The notes: a model not told the origin generated them from the sequence alone. A DNA stretch of 62,347 bases, filler included, from Perkinsus olseni (GCA_013115125.1; 2 parts of 2 records of this genome joined end to end with filler, not necessarily neighbours in it), one strand, 5' to 3'. Shown: positions 10,301 to 20,539, numbered from the whole stretch's first letter. Program-made: numbers and translations.

Positions 10301-13292
10301 GAACTCATCTCAAGAAGCTGAGATTGGTCCTGGGGGTCATCGGCTGCGGTTCGTCGCCTCTAACCATTGGATTCTAACGCGAAGACGCGAGTAAAGCTCG
10401 GATATTAAATAGCTCCTTTCATCATAAAGATTCGTTCCCAATGTCTCGAGTCAGATTGAATTATGCTAGCACAGCCACTGGTGACATGGTGGTGCTGCTG
10501 GGTGGCTTGACCTGGTCGAAGACCCGCATTGCAGAGACGGACGTACTGCGCGATCTCGATAGGAGATGCTTCAAGCAAGCGAAGGTTGGTCAACCCTTCG
10601 CAAAAACGTATGATGAATCGCAAACTTCATGAGCCTCGGTTTGAGCTGACGACTCGTTATTGACGAGTCGCGATAGGACGGAGTCTGTAAGCGGCTAGCA
10701 GCCACTCTCATCGAAGCTAGTTGAAAGCCCGTAGCGGATGCCTTGCGGAGGTCTGTGAGAACTCTCGACGATCTCCTGTCCCTCAGGATATCTACAGCCA
10801 GTTCTGCACCGAGGACGGGAGCTCCTGTGATCTCGACAGAGCTTTCGAGAGTATCGAAATGCAGTGTAACACAACGAATTCTGAGAGAGATGGCGAGAAC
10901 CATGTTGGCACCTTCTGCTGCGAGGTGAGAATTTTCGTGGATACAAGGTTGCCAAAATCATTTTGGCATTTTGGCAAAATGACGATCCATTCACTGCAGC
11001 TTGCGGCCGAGCTGTCGATGCATTGATCTCAGCCAAGCTGTTGAGGCAGAGCGAGACGCAACTGTGTCCTGAAGATAATGCGTTTCATTGCGCCTGCCCG
11101 AAGCGGCCCAGTGCTGAGAGGAGCCTTTAGATTTCGCCTCGTTCCGAGGGAGAATTTGTCGCTCGCTTTTACCAGAGCTTGTGAGAGTTATTTGAACTAG
11201 GGCTGTTTTTTGAGTGAAGGAGAGACGACCTCTCTTTGAGACGGCGAGGAGGACCCCCGATCCGAGTGCAACTCGATGCGTGTCATTTCGACCTCGTCAA
11301 CCGATCCGAGTGTAAGTGCTGCTCAGGTCTTGGCGGATCGCGACTCTATCACGACGGCTTCTGAGCTGTCGAAGAAGTGCAAGGCGTTGTGCCAGACGAA
11401 CGCCTTCTCAGCCGAGTTCGATACCAGAATTTCGGAGGGCGTCTGGATCTTTCATCCGAATCGCTGCCCCAACGATTGCACCTCGCCAAGTCATGGAACA
11501 TGCGTAGGGGACTGCCGTTAGGATGCAAACAGGCTGTGGGCAACAGCCGTATCACTATCTAAGTCACTACCGTCCTCTTTGCTTTGGCTACACGTAGAGG
11601 CTCTACGGTAGAGCTCGTCCGGGGGGTTTTCCAGTCTACGATTGCTTTCGTGGGAACTTAGCAGGGGGGGGTCCAGGATCCCCGATGCCCTCGGATTTCT
11701 GTGGTGGACGTGGCCCACGCAATAGTGTCCACAATCCGCTATAACATACACGCCTCGATGGTTGAACCTCAGTGACGCTCGTAAGATGCGTTCGGGAGTG
11801 AGAAGCGATGAGAGCTTCAACCTTCGTCAGCGTGCGTCCTTCCCTCCGTCGCTTAGCGCGCTGAGGCTTCAGGTTGGAGCTGTGGCTGTAGCTCATATTT
11901 AGCTAACTGTTTCTCACTCCCTGTCGAGCGAGCTCTCTTCCCCCTCTCAAATATGGTCAAATCTATGTGACTGAGGTGCGGTCGACTTTCTGACCGTACA
12001 TGACTCTTGGTCAAATTCGCCTGGTTCGCTTTGTGATATGGTCCTTCGTTCAACATGATCGGAGCTCCTCCGCCCTCCTGAGTTGAGGGGACATAAGTGC
12101 TGTACGTGGAAAAGCTCATTCCATAATCTCCTGAATCTCATGGTCGTGATATATCTGGTCGGACATCATCGTACAGCTATAAAATGTCTTCCAGCTCTCC
12201 CCGAGGAATTTTCAAGAAATTAGTTTAGCGAAATAATCTCTTGTTTAGGAACTCTCCCGTTGTATTTGCAAGGTCGGATGGTTCGGGGACGACTGTAGTC
12301 GGCCTCTCTGCCCGGGCAGCTTCTGCGTCACCGAGGAGCGCACCCTGGCTCAACGCTGTAGAGAATGATCCCCATGACGTGGGGCCCAGGTGATGGTCGA
12401 CCTTTCCTTAGGTACATTCTGCAGTCAGCGAGGCACTTGTCTCGATTCGGGTGAATGTTCCTGCGAGGGTGGATGGTCTGACAGAGATTGTTCATCTGCT
12501 CACTGCCATAATAACTGTACCGCTCTGTTGGGACGTGTGGCCTCCTGGCTGTACTCATAGAAAGCCACTTTTCTTCGATACAAAAATAGCTCTGCTATAG
12601 TGAGTTGGGGAATTCATCACGCGTCCAGAAACCCCCGGTGGAAGTGAAAAGGCAGTGTTTCACAATTTCTCTTCTGGACCTGTGCATATAGTCAGCAACT
12701 AAGCAGGAGTGTATTATTCACACAGAGATTCTCGAGTCTTGCGCGTTCACTGGCAGGTTCATCGACTCCGGAGGTAACCCGAGGTGTTTGTATCAGGGAT
12801 TTCCCACACCACCAGTGCCACTGTCTCGACAGGTGGGAGCGACAAAGATCATGCTGCTTCGAATCGTGTGATCGTGCTATAGTAAAGTCGCCAAATGACG
12901 CTGACTTTTAGCATGCGCTTAGGGGTATGAGACTCAGAGTCTGAGAATCAGACGCTACTCAACTAAGCAAATATCTCAGTGGTGCTTACTTTGCCCCGGG
13001 CCCTTGCAGCTTTTGGATACTAGGTAGATACCACCGACCTTAGATACGCTGGCCATTTCTGTGAAAGAGAGATGTGCGTGAGCGACTGTAGTGGTCATGG
13101 CGACTGCATCGCTGGTGAATGCCGGTGTCATGAGTAACCCGAAAGACTGCTTGTAGTTTTTACTGCGCTTTGTGGCGTGTTAGGTTTTACTACGGAGATG
13201 ACTGCAGCATTCTCATACCGCGTGCGAGAGCCATCCAGATGACTCCCTCTATGGCAATGACAGTGATTATACTCAGTCACTTCCTACTGTAA
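1400..13292 (+). CDS. large multi-exon Kelch-repeat + tenascin-type EGF-repeat extracellular protein (attractin/MEGF8-like architecture), probably GPI-anchored; 5' boundary uncertain
   Basis: Kelch exons: APSARFAHTAVLY (~4770-4815), RYLLVFGGRT (~7000), EELWRYDLMENQWDFIKP (~7190-7245), YMYIYGGMS...CSDMWRIE (~7820-7890), RFRHGM...IFVFGG (~8095-8150), YYLDDLWYYSTSGLLWREV (~9325), LLMIGGRHHDDLFEDMW (~9760-9810), MVVLLGG (~10490). EGF exons join in phase across GT-AG introns: CPNDCTSPSHGTC|ELSRCICKVGWFGDDCS, CSQRGTCLDSGECSCEGGWSDRDCS, CHNNC|SSTPEVTRGVCIRDFPHHQCHCLDR|YAGHFCE, CVSDCSGHGDCIAGECRCHE|FYYGDDCS. Hydrophobic tail MAMTVIILSHFLL then TAA at 13290-13292. An N-x-S/T-rich exon lies at 2321-2550; exons at 1.4-4.5 kb may belong to this gene or to a separate one. 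Confidence 0.78.
4835..5409. mobile_element. 575-bp non-autonomous hAT-type MITE inside an intron
   Basis: Exact 8-bp TSD GCCAGGCT at 4827-4834 and 5410-5417. Imperfect TIRs: left CGGGTGCACCAATGTCC, right (revcomp) CAGGGTGAACCACTGTCC. A-rich and T-rich mirrored subterminal tracts. Removing the element plus one TSD leaves a 49-bp GTGAG...CTAG intron (4816-5447). Confidence 0.88.
6460..8613 (-). CDS. putative antisense exon clusters nested in long introns of the Kelch/EGF gene (unknown protein)
   Basis: Exon 6660-6578 (ATLMRLIHHIMLNYQADAISPLTADRR), a 34-bp GT-AG intron and exon 6543-6460 (AHTTLSKARKVRERGLNLNTIESAASLE, GTAAGT donor) join in phase. Exon 8613-8504 (DVRYLDEK...HNYLRHLASL), a 47-bp GTAAGG...CAG intron and RAFTWALAMDWDDGSFSAE also join in phase. 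Confidence 0.45.
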
Positions 13293-14340
13293 GGAGTGGT
13301 GACAATGACGACGCTACGGTTCGATGCGTTATGACTGTTTCGTATTCCTTGCATACGCCCACTCGCGTTTTTGGTAAAGTGATACCTGCTCTACCTGATA
13401 CAGTCTACCATGCGTCACACAAGATGAGACCATGGGGGGACTCGGGAACACTTTCTGGGCGAATAAAATGAGTAAGCTGGCCGGGCTTTCGGCTACGAAA
13501 CTGATGGTCCGGCAAGCGTGCGTGGAATGCTTGGGAAGTGTAGAAAACGGACTGGGTGAAGTGTTTTGGAATGAACGATCGTTGTGAGGGCGTGAATGGA
13601 TGAAACGATGTGCAAAAAAGGATTGACCGAAAAGATCGTGGATGAACTGGAGAGCCTCCAGTGGAGGCGGACGAACCGAGCTGGACTGAAGTATTACTTC
13701 AGAAGTAACGTGGACGAGTCTAGGTTTACGAATTCACTCATTGACGGAAAGATCGTGGCCGGAATATACCATGGGCGGAACGTGTCCGTTTGGAATCCAA
13801 ATAGCCCGGGGTAGCTCTATCCAAACCTTGGATGGAGGTGAAGATTCGCCATTCAGTATACGCACTGGTGGTTTATATTATCTCATCAGTGGTATAAACC
13901 CTTGCCAAGGGTCCTGACCAAGGGTGCCTTGGTCAGCAGTCGACCGTATCTAGGGTTCTAGGAGTACATCCCGCATCAGCTGGTACAGGGCACCACAGAG
14001 CGCTGACGAACAAAAAGTTTAGGACCGATGTCTATACCTCAGCGTGTCACTCAGCAGAGTCTAACAGTATGACCCACACTCCTTGGTGACGTTTGCTGGA
14101 GCAACACTCACGAGTGAAGTCGTCCTGCGGGGCTATGTGGGCTAGTGGCATGATAGTCATGCCATGATTCTCGCAAAGTCGTGTCTCGCTGCGCATACGC
14201 CTCTCGGCGACAGATCCTGGAGAATTCCGAAGTTCGCGAGAAGCATCGTATTCCGCGGCTGACTCAGCCGAGACTTCTTCTAATAGACCACCTAGCCTGG
14301 CTGAGTGGTCCATTGGAGGAAATCTCGCTGTGGATGCTAA

Positions 14341-14530
14341 AAATCCTGAACTGGTTTCTCGACCCCGCCTTCGATACGTTGCTATGAGGGCTGCCTGACG
14401 CCCAGTGGGGCCCGAGTTCGGTTCTCGTTTCCAGTAGCAGATTCGAGCCTAGCAGATTGTGCCGCAAGTTGAGACTGCCGTCGGGTCTCTGTCTCTGCAT
14501 GTGTCATGTCTCTGCATGAAAGTCCACGAG
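14341..14530 (+). repeat. diverged direct repeat, copy 1 (copy 2 at ~17754-17932)
   Basis: CCGCCTTCGAYACGTTGCTATGA..CTGCCTGACGC.CAGT.GGG..CCGAGTTC.GTTCTC ... TCGGGTCTCTG ... GAAAGTCCAYGAG is shared by both loci, with indels. Confidence 0.7.
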
Positions 14531-14546
14531 AAGGACCTGACTGTGT

Positions 14547-14591
14547 GGCTGTGTGGTCTAGTGGTATGATTCTCGCTTTGGGTGCGAGAGG
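14547..14591 (+). pseudogene. trnP: 5' part of tRNA-Pro(TGG), interrupted by a transposon
   Basis: GGCTGTGTGGTCTAGTGGTATGATTCTCGCTT-TGG-GTGCGAGAGG is identical to the intact tRNA-Pro at 26273 except for the first anticodon base. Confidence 0.92.
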
Positions 14592-15000
14592 GCTGCGCGA
14601 TATAGTGTGATATTCGCGCCGAAGGCGCAAAAAAATTCTTTTAGGCTGCTTTTTAACAGTAAATAGATGGAGAATACAGACGGCTGGAGGAGATTGAAAT
14701 AGCTCGCCTCTAATAATTAGAATAGCTGATAGCAGTAACGGAACTGGGTCGAAGCTGGATGCAGCATGGAGGGTGCAGAAAGTCACACATCTATTGGCAC
14801 ACAGCTTTGTGTTGCGCATGTATGCTCCTTGTTATTACCACTCACTGCGATATATGGTCCGAGTTACTAAGGGAAGTAGGACACACCCATACTACTGCAC
14901 CAGCTGCGACTATTGTTGAACAAATCATCAACAAGATCAACAATATGGATTATATAAGACGAACACTACATCATGCACATAACGCTGTTATTTACACTAG

Positions 15001-17274
15001 CTACCCCTCCCTCTGCATTTCTGAAGTTCGCGTCTCCAGCCACTCATCGAAAGTTCCGGGTATAGCCGGGCAATACCATCCGGCTGATCTACCAGCAATT
15101 CTGGGTTTGCGATGACCGGTAGCGGCGGTGCGAGGATTTTTGCAAATACTACAGCGCACCATCTTTCTGGGCGGCTCAGAAACTTGATCGTGAGCTTCGT
15201 GATGTGCACTCGCATCGGCTTCACCAGGTTTTGTATTCTGGTAACGAACACCTTCTACTGGCTCGCTTTCAGCAACCGGATCGGTGAGCCCTGGCTTGCA
15301 TTTAGAACGACCACGGTTGCGCTCGCCCGCCTGTCGAGCTGCCCTGATTCTCAGAAACTCGGCCATCTGACGGGTCTCACGCCAAACGTCGAAGTCGCCA
15401 TCATACGTAGGACAGTACCAAGGTCCGACGTGTCGTCGACCTTCATATACTACGTAGGGTCGGCGGTGTGTTCCTACATGGAAACACTGTGAGAAGCGGT
15501 CAGTCTCTGTGAGTCTGGACCTACCCTTTCGGACCTGGTGGCAGAGGCCGCACCTCACACCTTCTATGACTGGGATCTGCTTGGAATCCTTGTGTGGCAC
15601 GGGCGGCGCTGGTTCTGCAGGGAATTCTGGCTGGGCGACAGGTCTTGGTTGCTCCGCCTGGCTTGCTACAGCTGGCGTGTAAGGTTTTGACCCCGAACTG
15701 AGGACCGACCTCATGCGCGTTCTTCTCGCGCCTGTCTCAATATCTGGCACTCGAGCAGCCGCATTAGCCTGTTCTCGTTTCTTGGCGTTGGCATACTGCT
15801 CAATGTGGTATCGGGATGTATCGAAAATCAGAGCTTCCGGATTCTCAGCTTTTTCCGCCAGGAACCATCTAAAATACTCCTTGTAGACTGCATCAAAATC
15901 TTGACCATGTTTCTCGAGCAAGCTGTCAATCTTGTTACACATGATCAGACTGAACCTTTCGGGCCTAGTTTTTTGCAGGAAATTGGAATGTTCGCCGAAC
16001 ATGGACAGCTTCGCAAGACGTTTGGACGTACTGCCGCTCGATTCAGCCCGCGCGTGGCGTTGAAGCCGCTCTTCTTCTGCAAGTCCATGTTCTGCCTGTA
16101 GTATTTCCATGACGTGATCTAGGCTCATCCCGATTGCTTTGACCTCGTAATCGTGTAGCAAGTCGACATCATCAGACTCCGCTACAGTATCGGCTGGGCT
16201 TGGGGCTTTCTGTGTGTTATCCTCCACGTCTTCTTCGAGAAGAATTTTCCGAAGAGCAGCGGTATAGTGGAGACCAAAGCGTTCTCCTAAAAGATTTCAC
16301 GGCAACACAATATGTGATGGGATAGTCCCACAGTCGACATACCTGTATCGGTCATATTCATCACCAGCTTTGGGTATAGATCCACCCCTCCATTATCCAA
16401 CGCCGACCCTCTCAACCTCAATAACAGGTCATTATCAAGGAGAGGATATATCGCAGTGCTGTCCACCTTTCGGCGAGCACGTCGATTGTGGCGAGTGATG
16501 CCGTCCATAACTAGAACTTGAGTGGCTAGGGAGCCGACATTTGGGCCTGCCAGGAATTTGGCCTGCCACCCATGTATGCCTTCGAGTTGGCTGCTTCCTC
16601 TATAGCAGCGATAAGCGGGTAGAGATGCCTCAGGCTTCCCTTGAAAGTCTACGTTGCCGAGGTTTTCGTACAGAGGCAGAACGGATGGGTCTGGGTCAGA
16701 GACACATCCTCTTCGGATATGGCGCAGCTGAGCAGCGGAACACGAGTGAAACAGGTTTTTTAATCTGGCCGTACCTGGTTTTCCAGGCATTTATCGAACC
16801 CGTCGGGCCCGGGGGGTAGGAGAAGCTCTCCTTCCCACGATACGGACCTGGCCGCTTCGACAACGGCCAGAATCCGTTCTTCCAATTCTGCCGGTTGAGG
16901 TATTTGACGCCTCACATGACGATACACCCATGCCGGCGACGCTCTGATCTTTTTGGCAGCTTCTGCTGCATCCGAGATGCCAAAAGCCACCATCACGGAT
17001 TGGATGAGCAGGCGTAAATCGTCTTCATTGATCTTAAACATCGCCTGAGTGAAGAAGGAATACACATACGATATGGGTGACATAGCAAATGATCATGCGA
17101 CAGACGACGATTAGGTTGATCGTGATATGGCACATGATGATATGACAGATGATGATAAGGCTGACATGGCAGATGACGATATGGCAGATGATGATAAGGC
17201 TGATTTGGCAGATGATCAATGAATCAGTCAGCGAGCCATCTGTCGTCGACGAATGATGATCTCACCTGTGCCAT
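15001..17274 (-). CDS. N-terminally deleted Dada-type DDE transposase, 4 exons, 649 aa as spliced
   Basis: Exons 17274-17266 (MAQ), 17044-16775, 16727-16343 and 16286-15001 total 1950 nt, with all three GT-AG introns in phase. Motifs: HVRRQIPQPAELEERI, ENQ|LRHIRRGCVSDPDP, YRCYRGSSQLEGIH (catalytic-Glu region), TG|ERFG, and two C-terminal CxxC...H...WYCP...W Zn-finger-like units. These match from memory the Dada/DUF6729-associated transposase family. Confidence 0.8.
17075..17220. repeat. degenerate minisatellite (ATGGCAGATGATGATAAGGCTG-like units) in the first transposase intron
   Basis: Repeated GGCAGATGA(T/C)GAT and GATGATAAGGCTGA units are directly visible. Confidence 0.75.
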
Positions 17275-17294
17275 TTCAGAACGTCGCTCAGACG

Positions 17295-17329
17295 GCGAGA
17301 GGTCTCGAGTTCGATTCTCGACTCAGCCC
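17295..17329 (+). pseudogene. trnP: 3' part of tRNA-Pro (variable loop, T-arm, acceptor 3' strand)
   Basis: GCGAGAGGTC TCGAG TTCGATT CTCGA CTCAGCC C. Joined to 14547-14591 with one duplication copy removed, it gives a 72-nt cloverleaf. Confidence 0.9.
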
Positions 17330-17753
17330 TCGTTATGTCATCTGGCCTGTTGGAGTGAAGGTCCCGTAAGGGAGCAAGTTCAACCAACGGACGAGGCCAC
17401 CATGGCCTGGCCACGGGGCGCGCGCCGTTGGAAATTGGGTGTGGGCAAAACGATGGGGGCGACCATTTGAGTGGAATTGGGCTTGCGCTCAGACGGTTCT
17501 TTATAAGCTGATGGGTGACACTGTCACCGTGACAGTAGGTCAGCTCGGATTCACGTGGAGCTGATTCCTACTGTGGCAAGCCTCCGGGGTAACCCGGGGC
17601 TGTCCTCCGCAACACACCTCATCAACTAAACGAGAGTGGTAGCCACTCCGTGACATTGGCGATGTAAATACCCGTGCCCGGGGTAGCAAGGTTGAGGAAG
17701 TCTCACAGTGAGACTTGTAGCACTCAAAGTGAGACTCTCACTTTGAGTGCTAC

Positions 17754-17932
17754 AAGTCCTGAGCTCGGTTCTCGGTACCGCCTTCGACACGTTGCTATGA
17801 TAACTGCCTGACGCGCAGTAGGGCCGAGTTCTGTTCTCCTTTTCAGGTTGTGCCCAAAACGAGGCTGCAATCGGGTCTCTGCGTGTGTCATATTCGGCGA
17901 CATAAAAACCGAAGGATCCGAAAGTCCATGAG
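17754..17932 (+). repeat. diverged direct repeat, copy 2
   Basis: Aligns by eye to 14341-14530. Confidence 0.7.
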
Positions 17933-18259
17933 CTCCTGTTCTACTTTTCCCCGAGCACGTGAGTTATTTTCAACCCACGAAGCATATCAGGTGAGGATCA
18001 ACTCGGTGTGTTGGTCTGTAACGGTTACGGTGTAACTTCAAACAAAGGCAACTATCGTAGCCTTCTCCATCAGTGGCAGGCAACCGAACGAAATGCGGGA
18101 GGGGGCACAAGAAAATGTAAGGAATCTCTAGATTACTAGCCTTTAACCGTACAGTAGTACAACCAATGGTTTCACGGCAAATTCAGCTGTAACACCAATT
18201 ATTGACTTCATCAGCTGTAGCCGGAGACAGTATCAGTGATACTGTATCACGCACCAGTC

Positions 18260-18330
18260 AGACCTCGGAATTGAACCCAGGGACTTTTCGATTCGCAAAC
18301 ATACAAGTTGACCAACCCGGCCAAATGCTT
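18260..18330 (-). pseudogene. degenerate tRNA-like sequence / possible SINE head
   Basis: The minus strand has an A-box-like TGGCCGGGTTGG and a B-box GGTTCAATTCC at tRNA spacing, but the stems pair poorly. Confidence 0.4.
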
Positions 18331-19227
18331 CAGTGGAAGACCAAAGTCAGCCAAAGTAGACCCAATGACTTATGACTATAAGTCATAGTCAATGCAAGGC
18401 GAGGAGGAGCGTGAAGTTCATACACCTAGTTAAATGCGGGGGTCTAGAGTATTAGCTATGCACGTAGTAAACTAGCGCGATCGGCGCATAATGAGTGAAA
18501 AAATGCCAGCCATGATTATGCAAAGTGCTTCCAATACTCGGACACAGTCAGTCAGGCTCTGGCTCCCAGTGGAGCCGTTTCCCTCTGAAGCTCGAACCTC
18601 TGCGACTACGGAGTCGTCATGACTCAGTCGTGGCAACCGGGCGAATTTATTAACGCGCGAATAGCCAAAAGACTAGGAACCCTTGAACTCGGAGACATTT
18701 GAACCCTCTAGCTCACCCGTGCCACGTCGCCGCCTACACGTCTTATTTAGTTGTTGTCTCGACTCTTTTTTTGATGCGTGTGACCCTTTGGCGCATATCC
18801 CATCAGCTGACTTGCACGAGTGGCCGTTGGTGTCACTCCCTCGTCATCATACGAGCACTTTTTATCTCTATAACGGGAAGTCAGTGACGAACCGCTTGAC
18901 ACAACCACTAGTCTACCAGCGGTAGAGGCGCCTGTTACTGGAGACAAAGAGCGCCTACAGCATAGCTAGGCTAGGCTAGATCTAGTTGTGGCCTCAGCCT
19001 AGCCAGTTCAAAAGATTCTTGGCTACATGTGCCAGAATCGTCAAGTTGATGCTCCTGTCGAAAGTAGAACGATGCTCTTTCTGGTGTATGGCATACACTG
19101 TATGCATTTACATAGCCCACGTGTTGCCGTGGAAGCCACGACACATACAGCGTTTGTTACATGGTATCTGCTTCGGATTGTTTGCCTCCATGCTGCAGCA
19201 TACTCCCATAGGTTCGCTGCCTTCCCT

Positions 19228-20539
19228 ATGCGCATCTCGACCATAATTGTGTTCTCTCTCGCCTCGCTGATCGGGGCTTCCGCTCCTACAAGTGATACGA
19301 TCGTGTCCATCAAGTCTGGCTCCGCTGATGTTGATATTCGTCGCCTGCCGCAAATTATGAGGGATGCTGGCATGATTCCCGACCAGAAGATTGCCTCCTT
19401 CCTCGATACGGTCGAGATCACCCCTCTTGAATATGTTCACTCGCAAGTGGTTCAAACTTCAGCCTCCGCCATCGACAGCGACAGCGACGCTCTTTGTAAG
19501 TTCGTCACTGTGGCCAGCAGCAAGCTCTCGTTGCAATCTGAGTGCGGCGAGGATATCAGCGGGCAAGTCCAATACGATGACGACCTGAACGTCGGCGATC
19601 CCGATGCCCGCTATCAGAGTCCTTGGAAGTGGATGGATATGGCTGAAGTATGGCGGCTTGCTCTTCCCCATGTCACCCGAGATGTCAAGGTGGCCGTTTT
19701 GGACTCCGGTATCGACTGGGCCGACCCCGACCTCGCTCCCTTGAAGAGAACTCTGAAGAAGAAGAAGAGTGGTGGCTACGTGGATGGAGGATGGAACTTT
19801 TTCACCAACTCGTCGAACTTGACCTACGGAGAACCTCACGATACCAAAGTATGCAAAGTTCTTGCCGCCAAGGGTAACAACTCCGCCGGTATAGCTGGAT
19901 TCGCTCCCTTCAACGTCATTGACGCTCTTGCAGATAGTGGATGACAATAGAAATCTGCCTCTGTCTCAATTCCTGGCAGCCCTGAACATGGCAATCGACT
20001 TAGAGGTAGATGTGGTATCAATGTCTCTCAAATATGAATTCCACATACGAAACCATCCCCTGTATGTTCTGATGTATAACGCTCTTCGTTATGCACAGCA
20101 GCACAACATGCTGCTCGTGTCCGCCGCTGGCAACGACGCCCGCGAGGCCTCCTACGTCTACCCCTGTTGGTTTGGTGGTCCACGCAGTATGTGCGTCGCC
20201 GCTCTGAGTGATGACAGAACTGAGAATACGCTCGCTGGCTTTTCGAATTGGGGCCAAAGAGTCGACGTCGCGGCTTATGGTGAGGGCATCTTCTTCGGCC
20301 GTTGGGAGAACGGTACTGGAAGGTACTTCTACGGTACGTCAGCCGCGACTCCGATTGTCTCTGGTATTGCCGCCATACTATTATCAATGAACATTGAGCC
20401 GGGGATGGTGAAACGGCTCATAGATGCTAACTCAGATCCCATCTCTTTTGCACCTTCCCGAAGTATACTAGGTGGAGCCCTCAATGCGCTGAACACGGTG
20501 CAGCACGCCATACACATTCTCCAGGCGAAGTTCACGTGA
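19228..20539 (+). pseudogene. secreted subtilisin (peptidase S8), frameshifted near 19905-19920
   Basis: Signal peptide MRISTIIVFSLASLIGASA; catalytic motifs VAVLDSGID, PHDTKV..VLAAKGNNSAGIAG, SAAGND and YGTSAATPIVSG are split between ORFs 19027-19944 and 19919-20539, with no usable intron at the junction. Confidence 0.85.

Larger units (their letters stand above)
14592..17294 (-). mobile_element. Dada-superfamily-like DNA transposon (internally deleted) inserted in tRNA-Pro, antisense to the tRNA
   Basis: Bounded exactly by the two tRNA halves, with GCGAGAGG duplicated at 14584-14591 and 17295-17302. No clear long TIRs. Encodes a transposase-like protein (next feature). Confidence 0.85.

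Noticed and set aside
12328-12558. Minus-strand 76-aa ORF as part of the nested antisense gene
   Set aside because: It overlaps a clear + strand EGF exon (CSQRGTCLDSGECSC...), so it is a shadow.
13410-14330. Short ORFs (13596-13814 +, 14047-14313 -) as genes or retroelement pieces
   Set aside because: No recognisable motifs or consistent splice model.
17266-17346. Apparent upstream transposase exon PDDITRAESRIELETSRR
   Set aside because: It extends over the tRNA 3' half outside the element and is out of phase with the next exon.
18361-18395. ATGACTTATGACTATAAGTCATAGTCA fold-back cluster (similar ones at ~3505-3535 and ~12929-12953)
   Set aside because: Palindromic but does not cleanly fit the 8-mer footprint rule, so not counted among the footprints.
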